Shown here piece after piece: positions 34,945 through 47,055 of a stretch of DNA of 64,000 nucleotides. The notes below the pieces were generated by a model that worked only from the letters and a program-made list of their open reading frames with translations, had not been told where the DNA came from and ran no database searches. The stretch is from Phoronis australis. Lineage: Eukaryota > Animalia > Phoronida. The stretch is taken from NCBI GenBank assembly GCA_002633005.1, contig NMRA01000112.1, positions 446,629 to 510,628 of the forward strand. Reading direction: 5' to 3'. A program made the position numbers and the translations under genes. Position 1 is the stretch's first letter; every line of letters begins with the position of its first letter.

Positions 34945-37900
34945 GTGAGTAGTAAAGCCGAAAGCAAAAGGCAAAATGTCACTTGGGACCTAAACGGATT
35001 TCTGTTTCCCCTATCGTTTTAAGAAAGCAATTTCTTCTCTAGGCAAAACACTAAAAATGTCTCTGTGCACCAATGTGCATTTCTTAGCTAGAGTAGGCTT
35101 ATGCTTCCCTTCTATTGGCATCATCACCAAGTGACAAAGTGTCGTTTCTTTGGAAATGTCTTTCTCATGGGCGTGTTCCCTAACAGTAGTCTCTCAACAG
35201 AAACCTACTGCAAGAATTCTTGGCTTGTGGAACACAAATGGTGAAAATTTCGCCAAGTATTCAACACTTCGGCCGCGACATCCAATCACTCTAAAGCGAA
35301 ACTGGCCCACCACGTGGCGATCTGGCTAAGCTTCTATGAAAACTTAATTGTATGGAACACACCCCCCCTTTAGCCCCCTGAGTGACGGTTTTCAGTGCAC
35401 GTGCTGCATCCGTAAACCCAAGAAAGTCACAAAAAACCCCAAGATTACGCAAGACTGCGAGATACTGAATTATATTACAAACGAGGCACGTGTGGTCACA
35501 TTAGTTTTACTTGAATGTGAAATCTGCGCCAGCCTAATCCAGGTACCTCACTGAAGCTGTGGTTCGCTCTGTTCAGCTAATTAGAAAACGAAAATAGAGT
35601 TTGAGGATTTTTTCTCGTTTTTCATAATAGTAAACTTTTCTTTCGTAAGATTCTATTTCCATCACCAACGCAAGTCACGGGTAAGGCGCGCATATGTTGT
35701 TCGTTCTGGGGTGGACCAACCTCAATTAACGCTTTCTTGGGTCGCGCGTTTGATGAACAAGCTCTTGTCGGTGACGGAACCCTATAATGTTATAATGTTA
35801 TGAGACCGAACTTATGACAGAAAATGGACTAATTCGATGTTTAAGATTTGAGCCAGCTAAACAAGAGGAAATGCAGCTTTCAGTGGCGGATTTAGGGGCG
35901 TAAGGGGGCCATCCCCCCCTCCTANTGTAATCTTAACTCATTAACCTGTATCGAGTTGACAGCATAAACATTCAGCATTGATCGATGTAACTGTCACTGA
36001 CAAACTTTTAGAAATCATTCCAAACAATAATAATGCTTTGATGTACGAAAAGATCCAGATTGCTACGTCAAGTATCATATCACATATCACAACATACAAA
36101 GATTAACGAGACTCTGGCTGGCGACTGACTGCCGCGAAGTCGACATCGGCGAGTGCCTCAATTAACAGGCATCGGTAGAATAATCATGGAATAATCGTTA
36201 AAATAATCACAAACCTTACCTTTGTATGAGGTCGTGCTTACTTCCTCTCATAGAAGCTCCCTTTCTACGTAATCTCAGAATCAGTTGGCACGGCTGCGAG
36301 CCATTTCACCATGTATTTAAACGGCTCGCGAAATCGAGGCTGTTAATCTATCACCACTAGTACACGCACGCCCTCTAGTTATTGCAGATTTTCAGAATAG
36401 CCCCATTGCATCTAACTCCTTGAAAAGACCGTATTTCCTTCATACATGGGTACTTAAATTGCTTAGTTAGTATTAGTTGACGTTGTATGGTGACTGTCAA
36501 GGGAACTCAAACTTATTCTCTAAGTCCAAATTGTAATTCAAACAAAAAATAAGGACGCCATGGCGTTGCTTTGGAAAACCAAACTCGCCTGTGGAGAAAG
36601 TTGGTGAAAATTGATGGCATATAGCGGTTTTAGGTGTTGTTTAGTCGTTTATTGGCCGCAATTCATGGGTAGATCATGAGCAGCGTCTTTCCATCGTACA
36701 CAAGACGTTATTACCCAAGTTCAACGCAGTTTGAAAAGGTTCATTCAGTTTTACTCTATCTATGTTGACCTGTATGGTACTCAGATATTATCGCATCAAC
36801 AGGGCACCTATGTGGAGATAGTTGGACCGACTTTAAAAGATCTCATGTACAGGGTGCAACAGAACTATGACCAGATATCACAAGCTCTTGCATTGAAAAG
36901 CATTGGCTCCGTCGTTGGTGCGCCGATAGGTGGCCTTCTGTGCAGTAGGTTCAACAAGCACGTTGACTTGTTGCTGTCTCTCGCAGCGTTCGTGGCAGCT
37001 GCTGGCACACTCTTCATGCCATGGTTCACCTCTGTGGAAGGTGTCGACGCTATGATGTTCTTCACTGGCGTGTCAGAATCCATTACTAACGCAGGTTAGA
37101 GAAACAAGAAATGACAATGGGATAATAGAAGTTCATTACGTGGCGCTGGTGAAACAATGGTTCACCTGCAAAAATGCATGCATTCACAATTTTCGGTTTT
37201 CACTAACAGTGGTCATTTCCTTTTTTTTGTACCTAGTGATTATTTATTTTCATATTCGTTTTTCTACTTCGTTTTCAGTTTACTTCCACCTGGAAGAAGT
37301 TTCTCTAAACTAATACGAATGATAGAAGAAATTATTTATTTTTTTAGCATTTGCAATTTGCGAAATTGTGATATTGAAACAACAATTTGGAAATTCCTTG
37401 GAGTGTTCCCTTGTGTTTTGCATATGGCTTGAACGTATTCGTTATCAAATCATCGTTACGTCCCTCTTAAAACTATAAATTATTAAACATTGCTACTTCT
37501 TAAGAGTGGAAATTTCAAATGAATGTTTTGGTTTGCAGGTGGTAATGCTATGGTGATGAAATTATGGGGATCGAAGTCAGCACCCCCTATGCAGTCTCTC
37601 CATTTTGGATTTGGCGTTGGTGCTATGATAGCGCCTCAGATTGCGAAACCGTTTCTTGGTCACGAAACTAATGAAACTCTTGGGAACTGCACCAGCGATT
37701 TAACCACCGTATATCCATTCAATTCTAACGGATCTTCAAACTGTTCTTACGTCATAGTTATGGGGGATTCTCGAATACAAGTTGCTTATTTAATCGCTGC
37801 GTGCATGCCTCTAATTTTTGGAATAATCAGCTTTATTTTTTATTTCGTCAAACCACCTAAAGGTTTTCAACTATTCAGCGGGGAAATGCAATTTCTGAAA

Positions 37901-38572
37901 GTGCTTAATCCAGGCGCGTGCGCTCAAGGGAACACATTTTTCGGCGTGCAGATGTTAATTTTGTTGTTTCTTTTCTACATTCACGTGACCGGAAACGAAA
38001 GAGCAATTGGAAAGTTTTTATCTTCGTACTTACGTGACAGGGGATTTTCCATTGACGAAGCATCAAATTTGAATTCTGCTTTCTGGATAAGTTTCACCGT
38101 GGGTCGTTTCAGCGGAACCATCCTTTCTATATGGATCAAACCTGTATTCATGTTGTCCATTCAGTGCACGTGTTTACTCGCAATAACGCTGGTACTCGTG
38201 TTTTTTGGCAACTCCAACGACACAGTTTTGTGGGTCTTTATTGTAGCTTTTGCCTGGTTTGAGTCCCAAGTCTTCCCCTCCGGGATGGCTTGGGCAAATA
38301 ACTACATGGAAATGACAAGCATGGCCGTATGTATCGTCATGATGGGTGCTTTCTCTGGTGGCTTCATATACCAGCGTCTAACTGGGTTTTTATTTGAAGC
38401 GATCGGCTACAAAGTGTTTCTTTTTGTGTTATTGGGATACGCAGTGTGTCTCAGTTTGTTCTTTGTTCCACTAGTAATCGTAGCCAGGCGCCAGGGTCCG
38501 CGAGTGTTCCATGAAGAACAAACAGAAGTGGATGCCGACGCAACAAGTGAAACTCGTGTGTCGCAATTGTAG
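34795..38572 (+). CDS. MFS transporter, MFSD4/NAGLT1-like, paralog B, ~491 aa
   Basis: Coding exons 34795-34944, 36803-37094, 37539-38572; same intron positions and phases as paralog A (middle exon 292 nt in both); highly similar protein. Confidence 0.9.
35927..36420 (+). repeat. Dispersed repeat family A, copy 2
   Basis: Colinear match to 11519-11998; lies in intron 2 of MFS paralog B. Confidence 0.85.
36803..37094 (+). CDS. MFS paralog B internal exon
   Basis: caacag|GTYVEIVGPTLKDL...SESITNAG|gttaga. Confidence 0.92.
37539..38572 (+). CDS. MFS paralog B terminal exon
   Basis: tttgcag acceptor; long multi-TM ORF to TAG. Confidence 0.93.
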
Positions 38573-38843
38573 TAACTTACACAATTTGGATTTTCTTGAG
38601 AAAAGCTTGAAGGCGTCGGTTTTTGGTAGAATTCGTTGAGACCTAACACAGGAAAATCCGAAAACAGGTCCATCCAAGAGTACTCCCATGGCTGGGCGTA
38701 GTTTCGGCAACTGTTCTGAAAATTTGATGGATTGTTGTAAAATTCGTATGTAATTTATTTTGATGTTTTACAAGATGTTTTATTTCGGGATTGCGATGGT
38801 GACTAACTGTATTAACACAGTATGGAAGATGTTTTTAATCACA

Positions 38844-39154
38844 TAGTTTCCTAAATTACGCCCCCGTGTCTGAAATTACGCCCCCGCATATACTCCAATT
38901 TTTGTCATTCATTTAAGGTCGTTTACTCAATATCCCCCATGGACCTATGTCTGGCAATTCCCTGGTAGTATTCCTGTTCCGGTTTGTGACAATGTATTTA
39001 CCAAATCCCTGTGGATCTTTGTGAAAGTGAAATGTATGCTCCTATCGGGAATCGGTCTGCAACCAGCTTTTGGGGTCGGATCTAACTAAAATGTTTTATC
39101 CCTACATTGCAGCTTATTATTGAGTCTGCTTGTAAAAAAATCTTTAGGAAACTA
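38844..39154. mobile_element. MITE
   Basis: TIR TAGTTTCCTAAA / TTTAGGAAACTA; internal AAATTACGCCCCCG duplication. Confidence 0.6.
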
Positions 39155-39749
39155 AGTATGATTGTATGTTTGTGTTTGGGAGAGGGTAGAACTCGACAAT
39201 TTTTGATGAATCATTAAAGTGTCTTACAACCCAGTGACTGTTTCTCTATTTTGGTGACCAATGTGTGTTCTGTCAAATTACTTGACTGTATTCTTTGTTT
39301 TATTGAAAACAGGGCGACATCCTCTAACTAATTTTCAGACGGACCTCATAGTAGCGCCAAGGACCCTCATAAGGGCACAATTGCTTTTAGGACCGAAAAA
39401 CGTTTGTATTATTCTTGAATTTTTTCAATCTATCTAAGAGAGATTTCAAACAACTAAGTTCGTTGTGTAGTAGTGATTCTATTGCAATTCCCATTGTCAG
39501 GTGAGTGCCCGTCATTCCCTGAAATCGAGACCGGTGACTTTATCAGTTACATGCAAATACACCGTGCGCTTTTTAAAAAAAGTTCAATCTTTAATTGCCG
39601 CTTAAAACAGTGTCAGTAACCGAGCATTTAAAAATCGCCAGGGTAAAGTTCAGTAGCTGTTTTGCGACTACTCCCTGACACAGCGCCACCTATACTGAAA
39701 AGTGGCCCTGTGTAAACATGATGAACGACACACGGAATTCCGTGTGTGG

Positions 39750-39945
39750 GCATCAATGCGCATGCCTTGGTCAGTCGGAAGTATACCGATCACATTGTCA
39801 CCACTTGCAAACGCCTTTAAGCACTGTGCTGACGGTACGTGTCTGAGCTTAAGCCATTGGATCGGGCTTCTCTCGATTTTGTTTACTTCGATCACTGCCC
39901 GTTTTAATAAAATGCAACTATTCAAGTCAAAGATGGTCGCCATAC
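39750..39945 (-). pseudogene. Degenerate RecQ-like helicase N-terminal fragment (AcademH-type transposon remnant)
   Basis: LKLRHVPSAQCLKAFASGDNVIGILPTDQG resembles the RecQ Q-motif/Walker A (LK..Q..L.AF..G.DV...LPTG.GKS) with a decayed Walker A. Confidence 0.5.
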
Positions 39946-40530
39946 TCGATCGGTAACTGTGAACTGAAGGGTGTTTCCCAGATTTCAACCAGTGTGAATG
40001 ATTGATTGTTATGACGCCGGTTTCATTACAATGAGAAGCCATGTTAAACAACAATTGACAGTGCTACCTTTCGTAGCAACTACAAAAATTTAGTAAAAAT
40101 CACGTGTTCTCATTTAAAATACCGGTACAAGTCTTGCTTTTTAGCGAGATCCTGCTTAGGCCCTAACATGACTGAACTCTACCCGGGTTACAAACCGAGT
40201 GGGGATTAGTTCTGCCTTCGAAGCGTAGAACTGTGACTGCTAAGGTAGTGAGATCGAGTCCATTTCTGGTTGATCTAAAATACTTTTCCCACCGGTTGTT
40301 TCACTTTAATTCCACCGGTTGGGGTAACAAGGCGAGGTCAGGGTCAAGGCCGCAAGACAACAGCTTACATTCGAGGCGAAAAATCCTTACTTATGGAGCC
40401 AAAACACTGAATATATAATTCAACACTGAATCCTTGCCGACCGATCACGTCAGTGGCCAGCATTTCGCTAGGACAGGCTAGTTATCTCCCAACAACAATC
40501 GCGAAACAGTCGCTTTTCATTCGCATATTT

Positions 40531-40811
40531 TATGGGCCACGGAAAGGGAAAATAGTTTCTATTAACTATTTTGTTCTCTTTCCGCGGCCCATAATTTTGC
40601 CCTTTCTGCACATTTAGCTAGTCCCTGTTTCCACCGGCAGCTTTAACTTTACGAGTTATTTGAATTTTCAAACACGATTGATTTTTACAAATTAGGTTTG
40701 ATTTCCTAAACAAGATTGATTTTTATAAATTAAGTTTGATTTGTACGAATTATGTTTGATGTTTACTAATTAGGTTTGATTTTCTATTTTTTGCCCTTTC
40801 CGTGGCCCATA
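40531..40811. mobile_element. MITE with internal ~22-bp tandem repeats
   Basis: TATGGGCCACGGAAAGGG / CCCTTTCCGTGGCCCATA; extra internal right TIR at ~40575-40593; TTTGATTTxTAxAAATTAxG units. Confidence 0.75.
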
Positions 40812-41480
40812 AATTTTGCTTTTGTTATCAGAAACTACATGTAGGCCTACGGAACGCCTTAATGTGTTATGCTGTTCAAGCCTGATTTTGGACTAATATA
40901 GCTCATCTCCATAAATAGAAAAGCAACTGCTCGCGCGTGTGTCTTCTTCGTTAGCTTTACTTTTGACAATGAACGTGGATTACGGTTTTTGATTAAAGAG
41001 GTCGATTCACAGCTATTTATTTGTAGTTAATTAAATATGTATACACATGTGCTGACTGTTAATAAAGATTGCTTATAAACCACATTTCTTTTTATTCCAT
41101 GTCCTATATTCTTCTATTATTCGTGTAAAGCACGCTCCCACTTCCCCACAAAATTTCGAGAACACAAAATTTTCAACTTCGGCTATCTTCGGAATCACGT
41201 CACGTCCGGAAGCGGACCCGATCACTGCCGAGTCTGTCCATAGGTTTGTATTGGGACTATCTGGCACAAATGGAAGCTTTCTGTTTGTTAGAATGGGTTT
41301 ATTATGCAACTTTTGCCAATTAATTCTCTGAAATGTGACACATATGCACATGGTCTTGAGCGTTGCCATAAACATTTCACAGTAGTTAGCAATGAGTCCT
41401 CAATAAAGTGTTCGAGTACAACCGCACGTCTTTCGCACTGTCTGTCTACGCACGACGTATCACTGTTGTTGTGTGCCAAT

Positions 41481-41603
41481 NNNNNNNNNNNNNNNNNNNN
41501 NNNNNNNNNNNNNNNNNNNNNNNNNNNNNNNNNNNNNNNNNNNNNNNNNNNNNNNNNNNNNNNNNNNNNNNNNNNNNNNNNNNNNNNNNNNNNNNNNNNN
41601 NNN
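41481..41603. other. Assembly gap
   Basis: Run of N. Confidence 0.99.
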
Positions 41604-41989
41604 AATGCTACTTACCTGTCGTATTTTTGCAATTAAATAAACATTATGGGGATTAAATTAATTCGAGTGCGGGTGATTTTTAATGCCTGGTTTCGACCCC
41701 CTCTCTGTTCAGTAATTACTTAAATGGATATAAAATCAAAAATAAACTTTTGTTATAAAATACAAATTGCAATCCATAACCTACAACAAAACTTATCCCA
41801 CCTTGCTTTCCACCTACGCAAATCAAGAAACGTAGGACAAAACGGCAAATAGTCTTGCATATCGCAGTTTATCCGTCTACCAGTCCCGATGTTTGATATT
41901 GCTTTTTATTTAACTTGAAGCATTATAAATAAATCGAAAATAAACATATTCGCATTCAAACTCGCGGCATTGTTTTTGTTTTCCATTTA

Positions 41990-42500
41990 CCTAACATGAT
42001 AAAACGTCTGAAGTTGTGCGGTCATTGTCTTCGGGATCCGCAGCTGTCTCTTCATCCAAAGCTACCGGGACAATTGCAGGCACTGGTTCGAACCTGTAGG
42101 GCCCGTTTATGTTGTCAAGAACACGCTTACGATGGTCGTTGTGCATATCGTCTGTGTCCGACGCTTCATCGTCACAAAAGATTTTCTAAAATTTCCTCGT
42201 CGCTGGAAGACTCGTCGCTAAAGCTTTCGTAATCCATGTTGGTTTCTGCCTTGTGTGACTGAGGTTTACCAGCCGAGTTCATTCCTACAACACAGCTGTC
42301 TTCCGGACTCGACATCACAGCCGCTTATGTAACCGCCTAGTCTGTTTTCAGAATTGACTCGGCTGAAGTCGGAGAAGGTCATTACTGCTGGGCTTATCTA
42401 ATTAATGACGCTGTGCGGACAGTAACTACCCCAAGTAACGGGACCCTGCAGTGCTATTCTTTGAGTTGAAAAGCAGTTGTTTTGGTGTGAAACTATGTCT
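41990..42500 (-). mobile_element. Kolobok end fragment with KolX-like first exon
   Basis: TTAA|AGACATAGTTTCAC terminus at 42500 (-); MDYESFSDESSSDEE / DDEASDTDD...NGPYRFEPVP...(~42237-41995), frameshifted, ending near a gtaa donor-like site. Confidence 0.55.
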
Positions 42501-42701
42501 TTAAAGTTCACACAACAACGACAGAAGTTTAAAACTAGTGGAACGCAACTTTTTCGTTTATAATTTCCCTTTTCGATGCATTTATAGTAAGTCAGAAGTA
42601 GACTGGCACTGTTCTAGGTTTAATAAGTTTCGTTTTATTGTTCTGTTTGTGTACTTGCAGATAACACTTGATTGACATAACCCATGAGGTCAGGCTAGGT
42701 A

Positions 42702-43217
42702 TGATGTAATTTGTTTACAATAGAATGGCAGGGAACATTCTAGAAATTTTCTGTATGTTAGTGATTAATGAAGTCTGGAACATGTATATGTTTGTAGAAT
42801 GATTGGGTAGATTCCGTAAAGTTCTAGAATGTGCTTGAAGTGTTGAAAAGTTCCAGAACATTGTAAGAGACACGAGTCAATTCAGTTAGAGTTGAAGTTG
42901 AATACAGTTGGATTTCAATGTGAGTTAAACTCAGCTGAACTTATCATTGAGTTGCAATGAAGAGAATCAGTAGTTACAGCGATAGTCAATTAAGAGCCAG
43001 CTCTAGAGACAGCACGGGATTTTTGAATCAACGAGTGTAACAGTTGTTGAAAGTGTCTCTAAGTCCATCGCAAGTCAAGGCTTCGCCGTACTGGATGGAG
43101 TTTAGAACAGACGTTTTGTTTGAGTAGGCTTGTGAACGTACACTGTACGGTCGAGATTAATAAAGATATTTACTAGAACCAGTCTTCAGTCCATCGTAGT
43201 AGCACATGTCGGTAACA
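42702..43217 (+). mobile_element. Probable solo LTR
   Basis: TG...CA boundaries (TGATGTAAT...GTAACA), AATAAA at 43159-43164, TTCxAGAA-rich U3-like part; no matching TSD found. Confidence 0.5.
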
Positions 43218-45124
43218 ACCTGCTCTCACCCTTACATGGAGAAAAACGTAACATAGTAGTAGCAAACAACTTACATATATTCTTTGATGCTGACATTTTT
43301 GTTGGGCAATAGACGTCATTGGTTTGTGACGCCTAAAATTCATGACGTACATTGAACGTATTAGCTGACACATAAATTTACTAGTAAGTTGATGACTTTC
43401 GAAAAGATGTGATTTTGTATTTAACGTGGCTTGTCAACTGAATGTACCATACTATACTGATATCTATTAACAAAGTAACATCTGCAGCACGGAGACATTT
43501 ATGTGATAAGTATTTCTACAAACATGGCACAACTGAGATGGAAAGCGGCTGCCATTGAATACTCAAAAGAACAGAAGCTGACGTTGAATCGAAGGAAATT
43601 GGAGGCTGGTTAGCTCTGCTATCTTGCGGAGGCATCCTCCTAAAGGCAGGGAAACATTACAAGCAAATCGATGGCTAAGTTCCGAGCATACTCACGAAGC
43701 ACTTCTCTTTCACTCACGTGATTTTGCTTAGTCTTGTGCGATCTCGCTTTTCTTGCAAGAAACTTTGTACGTAAATTGCTCTCCTTACCATCCAACCTCA
43801 ATTAGATTTTTTATTTCTTTGCCTAGTGACATATCGAACACAATTCCAGGCTTGATAGACCAGATTACTACCACATCAACTGATATTCATTCAGACGTCC
43901 ATGAGATCTATTCAAACAGATAACTGCTTGACATTCAAAGTTGCAGTGGTTTGGTGAAATATGCCACTGCACAACTGATGACGAGAAAACTATCTTCACG
44001 CGATTTAAGTGTAGTTTTGTGTTGCAAATAATAAGAATTCTGGGGGTGTTGATAAGATCGCGTTTCCAGAAATCACATGTAGTGTTGTCACCCATGTTTG
44101 CACCAACTATTTGCATGCCATTGGTTGTTACTCAAATTCGAAGTCTAATTAGGTAATCACACCTGATGCTTATATAGGAAAGCAAGCACTGTCGAAATGA
44201 TAGTGAAGTACGCGAAATTGTTTATTGTGGCGTATATTCCTGGGTATTTATTTAGGGGTCGCGAGGTTTACTACTTGGATATATTGTGTACCGGACGCAC
44301 CCTCTCCTCGTTTGTTCTCCATATGCATATTACAACGTTTTATTGCAAGAAAACCCTAGCGATTTTTAATCATTCTTTACGCGTATTTTCGCAACCAATG
44401 TTTTTGGGTCAAAGATTGTCGAATGTCACTCTGTCTGCGTGTTCCCGCCCTCTGATTGGTTTGATTGTCGTGACGGAACCACCCATGCTCACTACTATTC
44501 ATTTTCTCTGGAACTAATGTGGTTCGAGATCTAACTGTTTAGGGAGGGGTATCTAATGCCAGGGTAATGCGTCATTGGACATCATCCCTGAGCCTTAGTG
44601 AAAACATGACGGCCAAAATAAGTTTACGAGCCAAGTCGGCACCTGAAGGTCACCGACGAAACTTCCGGGAAAGAGGGAGGCCACTCATCCCTTAGTCTTG
44701 GTGAAAATGAAAGTAAAATAAGATTTACGGTATTCGTGTACGAAAATAGAAGACAGTGCTTTTATGGAAAAGCTCGGAACAATTGTTGAAGTGTTGTCTG
44801 AGATAAATTGTCGAAATTCTTTTTAATTTTGCATTTGAAGCTATAAGCAAAGTGTCCTGCGGTTTGAGCATAAAGATTTAAAGGCCCGATGTACGCGATT
44901 AAGCTATTTTAAGATGAGTTTAAAAACTTATCATCTTTCAACCCGCAAAGAAATTTTGTTGTGTCAAGATTTTTACATGCGTGAAACCCTTGTAACGAAA
45001 TATTGCCTTCAGTGAAAATTCAAGGAAAACATTGAAGACGGTATGCCATCGCACCTGTACGCCACAACAAACCTTATTTTCTGAGGCTTAAATGCATGTT
45101 TCAAAGGATATACAGCACGATCAG

Positions 45125-45455
45125 ACTACATCACAACACCGCTCACGCACTCATCATGAACGCAGCTCAACGGCTTGTAGTTCACTATCAATCGCAGAAA
45201 CGGCACAGCAGCCACAAAACACGGCTTACGTACTCGAATAGCCCTGCTTCCGGATGGCACTTGTATGTGCGACTCACGGACTCTTTATTGAGTCATGCAC
45301 GTGACTGGTAGTTCTGAAAGTTAGTAAGTTGTGTTTTGAGGTGCGTACGAAGCCGTGTTTTATTAGTGATGGACCGTGTTTGTGAGTCTGTGAACTAGGT
45401 TTACAGGTATTAGAAGCACACCGGTGAATGCACGAGCCGTGTTGTTGGAGGTAAC
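45125..45455. mobile_element. Degenerate palindromic MITE
   Basis: AAAACACGGCTTACGTACTC mirrored by GAGGTGCGTACGAAGCCGTGTTTT; CAACACCGCTCACGCACTCA mirrored by TGAATGCACGAGCCGTGTTG. Confidence 0.5.
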
Positions 45456-46892
45456 CAGATGATTGTGGGTAAACTCATCCGATTCACTGTCCACAGATTG
45501 ATGGAATCAAGCACAAAAGTAAAAGCATGCACAAGTAAGTCACCTGAGCCCCTTTTATTAAGAGTCAAGCGTTCTGTTGTAGCTAAGTCGATGCGCGTAC
45601 TGTAGGAATGTTACTGCAAACATGACGCCATGTTTTTTGTTGAAGTCCGATAATACCATTACTACTTGAACCTGGTCTGCTGAACTGTATTTGTCTAGAT
45701 TCCTACTAAATTCTGTGAGACGTCTCATCTCCTTCAATTGGATGATATTAACGACTAGTGGTGAGATCTCGTTTGTCTGATGACATTGTCAATACTCTCG
45801 TTCCATGCAGACGACAATTTACATCTGCCGCCACCTAGCTTGAGCGGAGCCCCCCCCCCCCCACTATTAGACAACATCATCTCATAGAAGAAGACGAGAG
45901 GTCTCAGAGGATTTAGGAATCTAGGTTAATACAGTCCAACAAACCAGGTTCATGTTGTAATAGTAAAAATTTCCTGGAGGAATCAAAACTTACATTTTAG
46001 TCCGAAAGTATTCTGAGCTGGTATTTTTTCATATTTAAACTTAACACCTGCCATCTCGAACCAGTTTAATGCTGGAACCCTTTGCAAAATCAAAATTCAA
46101 GTTACGACCGTCTTAGCTAAGGCCGGAATCACGATCTTTGTTAAAACGGCTCCCAGGTTCATTCTTATAACAGTGTCTAGGGAACCTATTCAAATGGGTT
46201 TCACAAGATTTTATTCCGCTGTCATTCCATTACAACACGGATAAAGGGTCTTAAATGCAATCTCTGGACATCCCCACTGCAGGGATATTGAGCTCATACG
46301 AAGTACTGTCAAGAGAAAAATCATCACGATCACTTGGAAGGAAATGTTCACGTAGGCATAGCTCTGTTTTGGTCAGCGCTCCAACTGTCCTCTGTTTTCG
46401 TTTCGTCTGCAAATTCTTCACAACAGAACAGGGAATTGTTTAACAAGTGCAGTTTCAACAAAATATCTAATATTTGCATTCTGCTACTTTTAGCCTTGAT
46501 GTGTGGTAGTTTTGTCAAGAGAGGAGTTCATTAAATCGTGCAAAACTCGACGCGGCTAATAAAACATGGCTTGATCTAAGTTGTAATTGGTGCCTTGTGC
46601 CAGACCGCCTCACACCAAACCTTCCATTCTCCTGCCTGGACAAGCAAACAACAGAGAGAAACAGACGATGAAACGAAAGTGCAAGTCATGATCAGTTCAT
46701 TTTTTTGTCAAGCGTTGCCAGACAACTCCAGTTTGAGTTTTTCGCCATCATCAAATAAATGTGTTTGAACTGTCCTTGTTCTTTCAGTGTTCAATTGTCT
46801 CAGTGTACATGTCTTCAACGAGAAGAGGCGAAAATTCTCTCGGGCTACTTCTAAAACTGGTGAGCAGTTATCACTTCCGAAATACGTCTGGT

Positions 46893-47055
46893 TTACTGTG
46901 TCGTTGAATAAGTTTCAACTAGTTCATCTAACTGTTTCATCAAGCGTTCGTGCTGTTCGTTGTCCACTTCCGTTTTCAAATAGGAAAGAATGTCCGCCAT
47001 GTCTGCCAACACTTTGTCGTCATCAGACATTTCTTCTGTTGATCTTTTGTCGGTC
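46893..47055 (-). CDS. Prohormone terminal exon: acidic C-terminal peptide
   Basis: ctccag acceptor; TD-KR-STEEMSDDDKVLADMADILSYLKTEVDNEQHERLMKQLDELVETYSTTQ*. Confidence 0.75.

Noticed and set aside
46893-47040. ELH/DH44-like peptide in the prohormone C-terminus (LADMADIL)
   Set aside because: Similarity is superficial: no SIN/SID-type N-terminal motif and no amidation signal.
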